This document shows positions 11,832-24,493 of a stretch of DNA of 63,785 nt, piece by piece. The DNA is from Chara braunii (Eukaryota > Plantae > Charophyceae). The stretch covers positions 1,098,923-1,162,707 of the forward strand of contig BFEA01000029.1 of NCBI GenBank assembly GCA_003427395.1, written 5' to 3'. The notes under the pieces are model-generated. The model was not told the origin of the DNA. It saw only the letters and a program-made list of their open reading frames with translations, and did no database searches. Every line of letters begins with the position of its first letter. Position 1 is the stretch's first letter. Made by a program: the position numbers and the translations under genes.

Positions 11832-12241
11832 AATACGTCAGGAAATGCCGAAGGCTTACATAGATGGTCAAAGAAGGAAAGAATTGTGACGGATGAAAGA
11901 GTGGGGTAGAATTCTTGGAAACGTGAGCACAGGGGAGGGGGACAGGGCTGATGAGTTTTCGACTCTCTCCCGGATTAGGCAGGGTAGTTTTAATCAAATG
12001 AATGAATGGGTGCATAGCACCATCGCCTTTGACACCAGAATACAATTATTGAGGTACTAGGGAGTTGGGTGGTTACGGACCGAAGTAGGGGCGAGGAGTA
12101 GACGATAACCAGGGAGCAGCACAGAGTATGAAGAAGAGAGCGAGTCACGCCAACAAACGAGAGTGTGCTCACGGTGGTAGTGTTATTTTCGGCGAATCGG
12201 ATGTCAAAATTCCCCTTTTTCTTCTTCCCCTCATCTCCATC

Positions 12242-12294
<53 letters not shown>

Positions 12295-12566
12295 CCCACT
12301 TCGTCTTCGCGATTTGGTGTTTTTGCCAGTTTTGCAAGTAGTGGCACACTGGCACGGCAGTAGACTGCGTAGAGTGAGACTCAGTGAGTGTATATGTTTC
12401 ACACCCCTCGATTCGTCTGAATTCGAGAGCGGATGGCTTGAGAACTGATGCGGGAACCAGAGTTTGCGCTCTAGTAGTACTCGGTTAGATTACTATTTGC
12501 TCGTTCGCGCTACCTGCGTGACGGTCATCGAAGCCGTTAGTACACGTTCTTTGTGGTACTGCTGCC

Positions 12567-12757
12567 GTCACGGAAGGAAACCTGAGTTAGCCTGAGGCAG
12601 TGATACTCCGGTCATCAAAGCCTTACGTACACGTGTTTGTGGTACGGCTGTCTTCACGGAAGGAAACCTGAGTTAGCCTGAGTTAGCCTGAGTACGGCTG
12701 TCTTCACGGAAGGAAACCTGAGTTAGCCTGAGTTAGCCTGAGTTAGCCTGAGTTAGT
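12567..12757. repeat. Compound tandem repeat (ctgagttagc decamers with tcacggaaggaaac units)
   Basis: Repeated units are directly visible. Confidence 0.8.
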
Positions 12758-13364
12758 GATACTCTCGATCGGATTCGTGTGCATTCGATCCGACGACAGC
12801 CGGATGCGCGATACAAACCGATGAAAGAGCTTTCTGACATAGAGCGGGTCAGTTTGGCGGGAAGGAAGGGGGGGTGGGGGGGGGAAGACGACGGAGGTCC
12901 AGCTGGGGCGGGGCGGGAGGGGGGCCGGGGTAACCCACTGATGGGCGAGGAAACGACAATCGGCCCGATCGGGACTGCACAAGTTGGTGATGATGAGATT
13001 TTTAAAAGCTCTTTTGGTTTGTAAGTGTGTACCACCCAAAGGACAGAAAACCGGGAAAAAAAAAACCGGCTGTTTGCAACAGGACTCTTCGTACGGCGAT
13101 TATGTGGGCATTGATTCTGCCGTGGGGTTAGCGCTGGAGGCCATTTCTGCCTGTGGCTTGGTGCGCCCTTCGACTGACTGAACACTTACACGACGGACTG
13201 GTCACTGCACTGGAGACTCAGTGGAGAGCGATCGCAACAGAGGAGGGGTGGGTTAGATTTTACGTCGAATGAGGTGTCGACTGAGGAGGAGTGAAGTGCG
13301 AGTGAGAAGAAGTGATACTCTTTTGCTTTTGCAGGCAATTTCATGTACCAGGCGCTTGGATAGC

Positions 13365-13473
<109 letters not shown>

Positions 13474-13803
13474 GTTAAAACTTTTAGTGCGTAGGAGAGT
13501 GGCGGGGAGGGAGTGTTTGCGCGAAAGGAAAAAGTCGCGTGCAATTTTGATCACATGCTAAGTAAGCCTTGGGCACTGTGCCCCCTTTTTAAAAATTAAA
13601 CAGAAAGAGAAACGCTTGGGAGAAGCAGAACATTGGTCCTGTCGTGGTAGCTCAGAGAGATGTCTGCTCGACTCTGCTGCTCTGCCCCGTCGCTTCGCTC
13701 GTCGAAAGGGTGTCGGATTCCATCGCTTTCCTCCAAAGCACAACCCATCGGAGCTGCTACGCAGCCATGAAGGGTTAAGTTTCCTTCCTCTCATTCGAGA
13801 CGT

Positions 13804-13934
13804 GGAGCATAATCTCACACTAGGACTTTCTGGACTCTGCTCTGGACATGATTGCAGCCAGATGCATTCAGATCTCGACGTGATTGTGTTCGGAATCTCT
13901 GGCAACTTTAGGAAATGATAGTGTGCGAATGCCC
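13804..13934. mobile_element. MITE family A copy
   Basis: ggagcataatctcacactag ... tagtgtgcgaatgccc followed by tta. Confidence 0.55.
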
Positions 13935-14093
13935 TTAATAGTCAGATTCAAGATGATTCAGCCTTTGTAAACACACCACACAGACACACAAAGAAAACTC
14001 CAAAGTAACAATAACTTTAAATAAGACAAAATAAAATTATGAATGATTAAACACCATCGTGCATCTCATCACTCTTTTTTTTTTTTTTGAGAC

Positions 14094-14412
14094 AACTGCT
14101 CCTCTGACCGCTGCACAGATCAGAATTCGGAGAAATAACAGTCCGCTGCAAGATTGGGCTAGGAGCAGTTAGAAACTGCAAGAAAGACAGCACACTGTGC
14201 GTTGGACGGCCTAACGATTAGATAATTAGCAAAAACGGGAGGTGCCCTGGGCTAGTGGTACCGCGTGGCCTGTCTGGCCTGGCCTGGGAGCGCAGGTACC
14301 GGTAGCAGGCCCTCCCGTTTTTGGTTTGTGGTGGCACTGGTGGGACTTGGTTCGTGTTGGAAAACGACCGCGCGTGGTCGAACAGGAAAACCCACGGACC
14401 GTGCCACGCGCC

Positions 14413-14446
<34 letters not shown>

Positions 14447-14447
14447 A

Positions 14448-14502
<55 letters not shown>

Positions 14503-15240
14503 AAAAAAGTGTATATTTCCATGTGTCTAGTCGACGATTCATTTCGATTTTGCTCATCCTATGGATCTAAGTAGCCTCTCTCTGTCTCTCTGCGTGCATG
14601 GCCGGAATGCAGTGTATATTTCCATGTTCTAGGGGAAGATTCATTCCGATTTTGCTCATTCTATTGATGAAAGTAGCTACTCTCTATCTCTCTGCGTGCA
14701 TGGCTGGAAATCAATCTCTCTCTCTCNNNNNNNNNNNNNNNNNNNNNNNNNNNNNNNNNNNNNNNNNNNNNNNNNNNNNNNNNNNNNNNNNNNNNNNNNN
14801 NNNNNNNNNNNNNNNNNNNNNNNNNNNNNNNNNNNNNNNNNNNNNNNNNNNNNNNNNNNNNNNNNNNNNNNNNNNNNNNNNNNNNNNNNNNNNNNNNNNN
14901 NNNNNNNNNNNNNNNNNNNNNNNNNNNNNNNNNNNNNNNNNNNNNNNNNNNNNNNNNNNNNNNNNNNNNNNNNNNNNNNNNNNNNNNNNNNNNNNNNNNN
15001 NNNNNNNNNNNNNNNNNNNNNNNNNNNNNNNNNNNNNNNNNNNNNNNNNNNNNNNNNNNNNNNNNNNNNNNNNNNNNNNNNNNNNNNNNNNNNNNNNNNN
15101 NNNNNNNNNNNNNNNNNNNNNNNNNNNNNNNNNNNNNNNNNNNNNNNNNNNNNNNNNNNNNNNNNNNNNNNNNNNNNNNNNNNNNNNNNNNNNNNNNNNN
15201 NNNNNNNNNNNNNNNNNNNNNNNNNNNNNNNNNNNNNNNN

Positions 15241-15307
<67 letters not shown>

Positions 15308-15777
15308 CGGGGGATGTCCACCGCCAAGGGCGTTGCTGCAGAGTGCAAGGTGGAGGGCGTGGTGGGAGCACGGCCTCTGAACGAACTACTGTTGCCCCAC
15401 AATTTCGAAAACTGTGGCCACCATACGAAAACGCAGTCCACCGCTACCCGCCCGAACGGCCACCAGCCCGAACCGAGTCCCGCCAGAAACCACAATGGGG
15501 AGGGCCCGGTACCGGTACCTGCGCTCCCAGGCCAGGCCAGGCCACGCGGTACCACTACCAGCTCAGGCCACCTCCCGTTTTTGCCAATTATCGAACCAGT
15601 AGGCCGTCGAAACTACCAGCCGAGGCCACCTCCCGTTTTTGCCAATTATTGAACCAGTAGGCCGTCGATAGGGCCGTTTACTGTTTTTCTTGCAGTTTCT
15701 AACTGCTCCTCGCCCAATCTTGTAGTGGACTGTTATTTCTGCGAATTCTTATCTTTGCAGCAGTCACGGGCGCAGTT
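14094..15777. mobile_element. Long-TIR (MULE/foldback-like) non-autonomous element
   Basis: Arms of about 270-310 bp (14094-14360 vs 15460-15777) are reverse complements, e.g. agaaataacagtcc..caagattgggc.aggagcagttagaaactgcaagaaa. Direct repeat tttttgagacaact at 14084-14097 and 15783-15796. Interior is microsatellite and gap. Confidence 0.75.
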
Positions 15778-15927
15778 TTTTCTTTTTGAGACAACTTCTT
15801 CTTCTTTTTGCCCGTCTTTTCTTTATCAGAGTCTATGCGTACTTGACTTTCTATACCTTTCACCTCGGTCCTCTCTTCTTCGTATTCTTCGGCGTCCTCC
15901 ACTCTCTCCCCACCTCCTTTCACTCCT

Positions 15928-16097
15928 GGGCCAAGGTCCCACTAGCGAAGAGGATAGGATCGAAGTCCTGAATCTGCAGGTGTTATATGCAGGGATGAAG
16001 AAAACCAGTACAATGATCTTGATTTCCTGCATGTCTCCACGAACACGTCCAGATTCAAGCATTCGATCCATCCCCTTTGCTAGTGGAACCATGCTCC
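15928..16097. mobile_element. MITE family B copy
   Basis: gggccaaggtcccactagcgaagagga ... tcccctttgctagtggaaccatgctcc. Confidence 0.65.
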
Positions 16098-16465
16098 TGG
16101 GATGGCTGCGCGCGACCGTCGTTTAATTTAGCATCAGCAGTCACCGCCATATTGATGATAATGGCCCCAGTTTCCTCCACCTTGAAACCTAGAGGTTTTC
16201 CCTTGGTTTTTGGAGATTAATAAAATGCAATCATTAAAAAAAAAAAAATAATAATAATAAATTGATGGCTTTGTTTTTTCGTTTTGTTTTGTTTTGTTTG
16301 TGATGTTATGTTTATCTCCTCTCATATGAGAGATGGCTACCACATTCAACTACCTTTTCTTTTTTTTTGTTTTTTTTTTGTTTAAATAAGGGCGACAGCC
16401 TTGAGATATCATCATTGAACTGACCGGCCCCAGGCAATTCAGAATGATTTTATTCTCTACATTTG

Positions 16466-16537
16466 AGGGCATCTGGATTTGAACTTGAGTCTGTATTTCA
16501 ACAGTTGAGGGGTGTACCAACTGCGCTAGGCCTGTCG
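16466..16537 (-). mobile_element. tRNA-like SINE head
   Basis: Minus strand has A box TAGCGCAGTTGG and B box AGTTCAAATCC. Confidence 0.45.
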
Positions 16538-17102
16538 GTATTCGAATACCTTTCCCTTCAATTGTTTTTGGTGTTTGGGTGGTGGGAATTTTAAACAGTG
16601 TCACGTCATTCAATGCATCCATTTCCTATTGAAAAGGATTTTTTTTTTTTTTTAAATGAAGTCATTCCTTATATTATAAAAATGATTGAGGCCGGGGACC
16701 TCACAATTCAACCCGGGAATACTGAGAGCATTACTCAGCTTAGCATATCGCAGTTGAGTCTGCGATTGCAGCTCAAAGAATTAACTCCAATCTATCTTTC
16801 ACTGTCTCAAATGCAACTCTCTCTCAATGTAAAGAGCTTCTAATCTCAGAGAATAAAGAAGAGAAGAAACCCAGGAATGCACAGGCCTAGGGATGGCCTG
16901 ACCCCAGCCTACATCGACCGAGAGGAACCTCAAAGGTAGTTCCTATAGACTAGCAACTTCTCTTAGCAACTGCCTACTGCGGCAAAAAACAGTAACCGAG
17001 AGTCCAGGTTACTCTGGCAGGTCTTTACTTCTGTCGAATATCTTTCTTTCAGTCTCCGGCCTTCTCTCACTGCTATATTCTAAGTCGTCCAATATGATCA
17101 GG

Positions 17103-20100
17103 TTACCACAACGATTTTTCAGGAGCGAGGAAAAGACCAGTTTGCCAGTAATAGTTGGGATGGCCCAACAGTATGGCACACCACTTCTTCTTGAACCTGC
17201 GTAGCTTAAGATCAGGAGGGGAGCCAGTATTATCTATTCTACGCCAATCCGCTAAAATTATTTCCTTGATCCCCTGGAGCATAAGAAACTGAAACTGTTG
17301 CTCCGGCGAGGAAGTTGAGCTAAAACGAAGGGAATTCCTAGCCAGCCAGATAATCCACAGGCCTAGGGCTCTGCAAACCCAGGCCGGGTAAGGAGCAGAA
17401 CATTTGCTATGTCTGTTTCCTTGAATTAAGGCCTCCTTATTCCAGATAGAACTGTCTTCCTCTCCCTGGTATGCCTGACTCCACACCTTTCCCCACCACT
17501 CCCAGAATCTCTGGGCAGTAGGGCAATGCCACCATATGGCAGATATCCTCTATGACTTTAGGGGAGTAGGCGGTGCAAAAAGGGGAACTTGCGTACCTTT
17601 AGTTACCCACCACTTGCCAGAGGGTATGCAGAGCATATGGATAAGCCACAGAAGTCCTGCATGTTTGACTGTTGGAAGAGATCTGATGGTCTTACCGAAG
17701 TTGTAGCAGAGGTCAATCGGGAGCGTCTCCATATTTTCTGAGGCTGAAAAGTTATCCCAGGAAGCTTTGACTGTACATTGAAGGCTGCTCGCTCTGGATT
17801 GAATTCTGTAGCCTAGAGATACCGAATAGTCGATGATTGGAGCGTCTTTTTTCTCCTTGGTGCCATTTCTCCAGCCGATGGCCAAAGGGTGTACCTTAGC
17901 CTGCAGTAGCGGAATGCCTTTCAGACACAGAATAGGTATCGTTTTCTGTGATCCGTTGATTATCCGTTGCTCCATTTTAACCAAAACCTGTGTGTACTCA
18001 TCTCTTGACACTTCAGAGTTTTGATTGTCTTCCTTTGTCAGATTGCCTCTGTGATCTATTTTCCAAAAAACAGTTTTACATTTACCCTCAGGGAGGATCT
18101 CAATGACTTGGTGAATACCCCCTTCTCCTTCTTTTGCTGTCAGCCATGTGCCTGTGGAAAGCCCGTTTGTGAGCAACAGTTCCTTCCAAGAATGTGGAAT
18201 CGCCTGGATGAGTTGTGCCAGGAGTCTCTCTACATTGTGTAAGTTCTCAAATTTCTGCCCCATTTCTGAAGCAGACCTCCAGTTGTTAGTATCTACATTC
18301 CACAAGTGTCTAATCTGGTATATACCCTTACTTACCCAAACTCTCCCAAAGGACTTAGCAGAAATGCAAAAGGTATTACTTGATGTATCCCTAATTGCCG
18401 AGTTGTCAAACAGATTTTGACAGAGGACCTCCTCTGTTGTCAAAGGCCAGGTTAGAACTGATGGACAGAGAGTGTTCCATGCTTTTAGTATAGGGGCCCA
18501 GGTAGGTGATTTGACTTTAGTTCTCAGGAAACCTTTCATGAATAAACATGCCCAGACACTCTCTGGGTCCACGAGACCCCATTCCTCCATTAGAATGTGT
18601 TGAGCCAATTTAATCCATGGTCTATTAGAATCCAGGGTAAGGAGTCTCACAATCCACTTGATGAGTAACGCCTTGTTCTGTGCCAACATGTCGAGAAGCC
18701 CTAGGCCCCCATCATCCCTCTTCTTGGTGATCTTCCACCACGCTACTTTAGGTAGGGCTTTCCCATTCTCTATTGTGCCCTTCCATAGGTAGGTGGATAA
18801 TACGTGTCTGAGTTTTTGCTCAGAGCTCATCGGGATAGGTTTGATAGACAATATATACCATATGGTCGAGAGAATCATAGTGTTGATCACTATTGCTCTC
18901 CCAAAGAGAGAGACATACCATACTTTGGACCATGTGGTAAGTCTCTTTATTACCCGGTCTTCTATTATTTGGCCCTGTTTCTTCTCATTATTACCATATG
19001 ATATTTCTATCCCCAAGAATCGTTCGGAATGATCTCTATCCTTGACTTCTATCCCCAGGTCCACCGCAAGAGGTGTGGAGTCCCTGGTGAGGGCAACAGA
19101 TTTCGACCAGCTTACTTTGGCCTCAGAGGCTTTGCAAAACAGCTCTAGTGAGCTCCTAATAGCGCAGAGCGACTGGACTGAGTTTTCTGAGATGACAGTC
19201 AGGTCGTCAGCTAGGGCTGAAGTCTGCAGCTGGTAATCCTGAGACACCTGCAGTCCCTTGGAGGGTGAGTTTCGTATCATATCTAGCAGGACTTCTTGTT
19301 GTAGCACGTACAGAAGAGGTGTCAGGGGGCATCCCTGTCGCAGGGACCTGGATAGTTGGAAATGTGAAGATTTTCTCCCGTTCACTACTACCGATGCTAT
19401 GGAGTCAGAGTAAAGTTTTCGGACCCAGTTGCAGAAAACTGGTCCAAAGCCCCTTTTTCCCAATACCTGGATCACAAATTCCCAGTTGACCCGGTCATAA
19501 GCCTTTTCGAAGTCTATGACTTCTGAGGATTTACGGGTTTCGATGATTTCCATAGCCTGATACCAGCCTACTCCTGACAAAACCAGACTGGTCTGGGTGT
19601 ATCAGGTATGGTAGGAGATCCCCAATCCTCTGGGAAAGAACTTTAACCAGGATCTTCCCTCCCGCGTTAAGGAGAGTAATTGGACGGTAGTTTCTTATGT
19701 CTTTCTTCTCATTCTTCTTGTATATGAAAGTAATCGCTCCCTCCATCATCCCTCTTCCCAAGATGTGTCCCTCTGTTACCTTATTAAAGAGTTCGAGGAG
19801 AATCGGACCAAAGATATGCCATGATTTCCTAAAAAAATCAATTGGTAAACCATCAGGACCTGGACATTTACCTGTGGCCATGCAGTGCATGGCTGCAGTA
19901 AGTTTTTCCAATGTTATCTGCTCTTCCAGCTTAATCCGTTGGGAGTGGGTGATTTGCTTCATTTGAGTTCCCCATAGCAGTCTCTCTTCCTCGGTTGAAA
20001 CCAACGGTTCCCCTGGAGTTTTCTCTGTTGATAGAAGTCTTTCGTAGAATGCTCTGGCATAGGAGCACATGTCTTCTAGTTCCCTGGCTATCGGGAGAGA

Positions 20101-21324
20101 AGAGTCGAAGGGGTGAAGGATCTCGGTCATAGGAGGATGTCTCTCACCTTCAGATACCTTACTTAAGAACTGTTTAGACATCCTGTTGTTATGGAGTATC
20201 TTCTTGACCGATGAGTACTTCAGCCATTCATCTTCTCTCTTGATCTGGAAGTCTTCCCACTCACAAAGCCACCTATCCCTTACTCCAGTCCAGTAGGATA
20301 CTGCATATGGTTCCAGAGACATCTGAAGTTCCGCCTTTGCCACTTTCCTCTTATACTCGGCTTCTTTTGCATTCCTACTTGTGGCCTTTACTAAGCTGAA
20401 GAACTCTAACATCTTTGTGGTCTGTCTAATCCCTGAATCATACCAATCAGTCAAACTATGAAAACTGTTTTTTTCCTCCTCCCATTCTTTCCAGAAGTCT
20501 TTAACCCAGTCCTTAACCCCCTGGTCCTCTAGTACCTGTACTTGTATCATGGGAAGGTCTCTCGCGATGGCGATTTTTGGCCCCATGGCCAAGTCCAAAA
20601 GTACTGGTTTATGGTCTGATAGGGGATCGTCATGGATGGAGACATCCAATACCCTACCCCATGCCCATTCTCTGATTAGCCAGTAATCCAGCCTCTTCCG
20701 GGCCACCTGATGAGATTCAGAGGAAGAGGCGGAGACCCAGGTATATTCTCTGCTGTCAGGATATGGAGTCCTGAAAGCATCTATCAGTTCTTGCTCAAAA
20801 ATGAAATCTTTGAATCTACGAGGGTCCTGCCAATTACCTTCTCCAGATGACGAGTCTAGGGAGGGGTCAGTTACGGCGTTGCGGTCTCCTCCGATCACCA
20901 GGTTATTAACGTCAGGAATAAATGCTACGAGCTCTGAAAAGAACTCCAGGCGTTCCTTGCGATCCACACGAGCATAGATCGACATGAACGTCCATTCTTC
21001 ATCATTAGATAGGATTTTAACCGATATCCATCTACCCCTAGAGTCATAAAAATAATCTAGGACCGTGCATTCGAAATCCCTATGGAACAATATAGCTACC
21101 CCTCCCTTAGTGCCGTCTGCAGGAGCCCACCATTGTCTACCCCCCCACCAGTTACTTAATTCCCTGATCTTCTCCTCATTAAGCTTTGTCTCCTGAAGTA
21201 GAGCAACCTGTACTTTTTTCTGGTGAAGCCAGGTTTTAAGCCTGACTCTCTTTCTCTTACCTTTGGTCTCTCCAAGACCTCTCACATTCCAAGATACTAG
21301 CCTCTTTTTACTGAGGGGCTGCAT
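17103..21324 (-). pseudogene. L1 ORF2: APE endonuclease, reverse transcriptase, zf-RVT
   Basis: EN motifs SWNVRGL, LQETK, GGD-x-N, RLDY, SDHKPV. RT motifs PGPDG, NYRPITLLN, DFEKAYDRV, LRQGCPL, ALADD. Frameshifts near 19550 and 17580. Confidence 0.95.
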
Positions 21325-23747
21325 TGCCCGCCAGGTTCGCCTCTTGCTGGATTGGCGGCTGTTTGCTCATCATGTCCGATTCCCATGGTCTCCTAATTGC
21401 TTCCAACAAATACTTCGAACACAAACTTTTACTCGGGGTCAATTGGATGTTCAGCTGCATCAGAGCTTCTCCACTAATGTCATCGGAGATGGAGATCATC
21501 TTCAGGTCCTTGGCATTGGTGGATCTGAATGCATCCGTCGACATCCAATATAATCCACAATCGATATCTGCGAGTTTAGGAGACTTAACAGGTCTTGCAT
21601 TCATCAAGTATACATACACAAAAACCATCTTTGCATTGTTACTGGTAAAGGGACCCAGGCGCTGCATACTATATCTGCCGATCAAACGAATATCGTATCT
21701 ACCCCCCAAGTATTCTTCCACCAGACTGAAAGCGGAGGAGGAGGATGGGATGTCCTCTAGTTCCCAAACAGGCAGTTTGAGCGGACCCTGTTGTACCGAA
21801 ACTGACAACCATTCTGCCGATAAGGCATTCTCTCAGAGGATAATCGGGCAAAATAGATAAGAGAGGGTTACCTGTTTGGAATGTAGTTCCTTCGTTACTG
21901 AAGTCATCGGAGCTGGTTTCGGTTGTCCTGAAGGTTGTTGGTATGGGTAAGGATGGTGTGCCATACCTTGGGAGGGGGAGACTTCTGGCTGCAACCCTTT
22001 CTCAAAAGAGGAAACGAGAGAGGAAACTCTCGGATTGAAGGTCTATTCCACACCAGGGTCTTCGATCTCACTGGGGTCCCGTCTGCTGTACTTCGTAGGC
22101 GAGACTTGCAGATTGCCTTCTGCAAAGGTCACCCCAATTCCTGGAGTGTGAGGGGAGGATGGAGAGATAGAAATTCTCAAGGACGAATTCTCCTTACGCC
22201 TTGTGTTTCCACCTCTGCCCATCGTCAATCCTTTCCCCCTTACTGTGGAGGCGGAAGGAGTTACTAATGGTGTCGAGGATGCTGCTTGTGTAGCCGATCT
22301 CTTATCCAGAAAGGATGGGCGTCCTCTTCCGGATGATATGATCTTGGCCCCTGCGTGGGTATTACCCCTCCCGATTGTCCCAGATCGGGATCCTGATGCT
22401 TTTGAGATAGCAGAGGGGATCCCTACAGGGAGGGCTGTCCCCTGTCCTCGTTGTGGATTAGATCCCGAGGGTAGGATTGAAGGGGACACCGGCCCTGCCG
22501 CTTGCAAGTTCTGAGTTGTTGTACCTGGTTGTGGGGGACCGCCATCTGTAGGAAAACCGCCTGTTGGGAGACCTTCTGAAGGAATGCCTTCTGTTGGCAA
22601 ATCGCCTGTTGGACGACCGCTTGTTGGAGAACCGCCTAATGGAAGACCGTCTAGATTCGACTTCGTGTATGCTGATGGTCCAGCTGCGTCTGGTGCCTTT
22701 GTCGGGAATTGTTTACTTGCCGTTTTTGGAGCCATATCTACACCCCGTCCCCTGGATTCCGAGTGGACGAATCCCCTGGCGTGGGTAGGGGCAGGACTCC
22801 GCATGAGTGGGATACTGCGGGCGAGGATGGTTTTCCTGTCCTCGGGAGGACTGGCGCCTTTCCTTCGCCTGATCCATTCGTGATGCTCGATAGGAACTAC
22901 ACGGCTCATTCTCTTGTGACTTGTCCGGTTTGTCCTGGCATTCTGATGAAAAATGGCCATACCACCGGCAAAAGTGACACCATGGAGTGTTACTATCGAC
23001 TAAGTCTGCCGATAGCGTATCCAGACCTACTTTTAGGAACAGTACTGACTTAAAGCGGGATTCGAACTGTCGGTCTATGCCGAACTTGGCATTAACGAGA
23101 CGAGGCATAAACTCGTCCTCAACTGGTTCATATTCCTTGACGATCGGTCCGATGGCTTTCTTAATCATTGTGCGGATAAATGATAGGAGAAACAACGGAA
23201 AACGTATGGCCATTACCCTCTAATTTTCCACCCTCTCTCTCTCTCTTTCCGTTTCCCATTCGTTCTTGGGGAGCCAAGAATGAATAATGACCTTGTATTT
23301 TTGTCTATCCAATAGAAATTCGATTTCTGTCTTCCTTCCCATCATTGCTGATTTGGCTTCTAATGATCTCGCTGTGTATGAGATCATAGATCTGCCTTCG
23401 ATATGAGTAGAGCCGCGACCCTGAGTTTTAAGCTCTGGACTCAATCGGCCATCTTCCTAATTTCGCACGAATTGGAGTTTCTCTTTATTACCTATGTTCT
23501 TAGCGTTACCCCCAAAAATGAAGACCACAGTGTGATCTTTCAACCGTTGGATCTGGATCTTGTTGAAATCATCGCGGACCATTCCATTAATGCTGTCGTC
23601 TTCGGTATCGAGCTCTAGGTACTGGTCTAATTCTGGTATGTTCCCTTGTAGGAAACACTGTTGAAGCATCGCCTGAATCCGTTGTTCTTCCTCTGGATCA
23701 ATACCGTCCGATTGATCCGGCAGAACAGTGTCCTCAACCTGCGCCAT
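21308..23747 (-). pseudogene. L1 ORF1: N-terminal RRM/DUF4283-like region, CCHC knuckle, Pro/Gly-rich linker, extra C-terminal domain
   Basis: Segments 23457-23747, 23220-23444, 22713-23213 (WCHFCRWYGHFSSEC), 22043-22960 and 21308-21808, interrupted by stops and frameshifts. The last segment overlaps the ORF2 start by 17 nt. Confidence 0.8.
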
Positions 23748-24433
23748 CCCCTTCCTTTACTGGAGGCAGCCGATCAAACCAGTTCAGAGGAAGACACAAA
23801 CTACTCAAATCGTCCAAAATCCTGCTGGGTTCTATTTCACGGAAAAAACAACCCGCTTGAGTTTCATCCAGAATCTAGATGAGAAACTCATGAGGGGTGA
23901 TGCATCATGAGATGCTGTAGCTCGCTATTCATGATTGGATGCGGTGAGAACCGACTAAGAATGAAGTGTGAACCTCCGAGGCTCTCTACTTCTATAATTA
24001 GGAAACGTTAACTCACTCGAACCAGCCACATCAATCTGGTGGAGAGAAAGGTGGGAGTAGTCGTGTATAGAGAATGAATCTCGCTGGTGAAAGTTGGTCG
24101 CAGTGAACCCACGGTAAATTGAATCTGTAGACAGGGCGAGGTAGGACCTCACCTTGTCTGAAAGGCTTCTAGTAGATATCTGTTTGGGACTTGGCCCCGG
24201 TGAGCAACGCATCAAACTCGAGCTCTAATGGCGAGCTTCGAGGTACCTTCACGGTAGATGCTCCCCTGCTTTCACCATCGCTGGTGGAGTTAGGGTTTGC
24301 TTAGTTACTCTAACTCAGTAACTCGCACTAGCGCAGGCGCAAACTGCGTCGCTGAAAGCGCGTTCCGGTCGCCCTTCTGTCTGCTCAATCTATTGAAAAG
24401 GATTTAAAGGAGGCTTCTGGTGAGACCTTCCCC

Positions 24434-24493
<60 letters not shown>

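Larger units (their letters stand above)
16642..24389 (-). mobile_element. Full-length L1-like LINE (about 7.75 kb), degenerate
   Basis: 16-bp TSD ctattgaaaaggattt at 16626-16641 and 24390-24405. Poly(A) seen as a T run at about 16639-16653. ORF1 and ORF2 in canonical order. Confidence 0.95.

Noticed and set aside
12567-12757. Repeat units with intervening sequence resembling a CRISPR array
   Set aside because: Spacers are not unique, periodicity is irregular, the context is eukaryotic and there are no cas genes.
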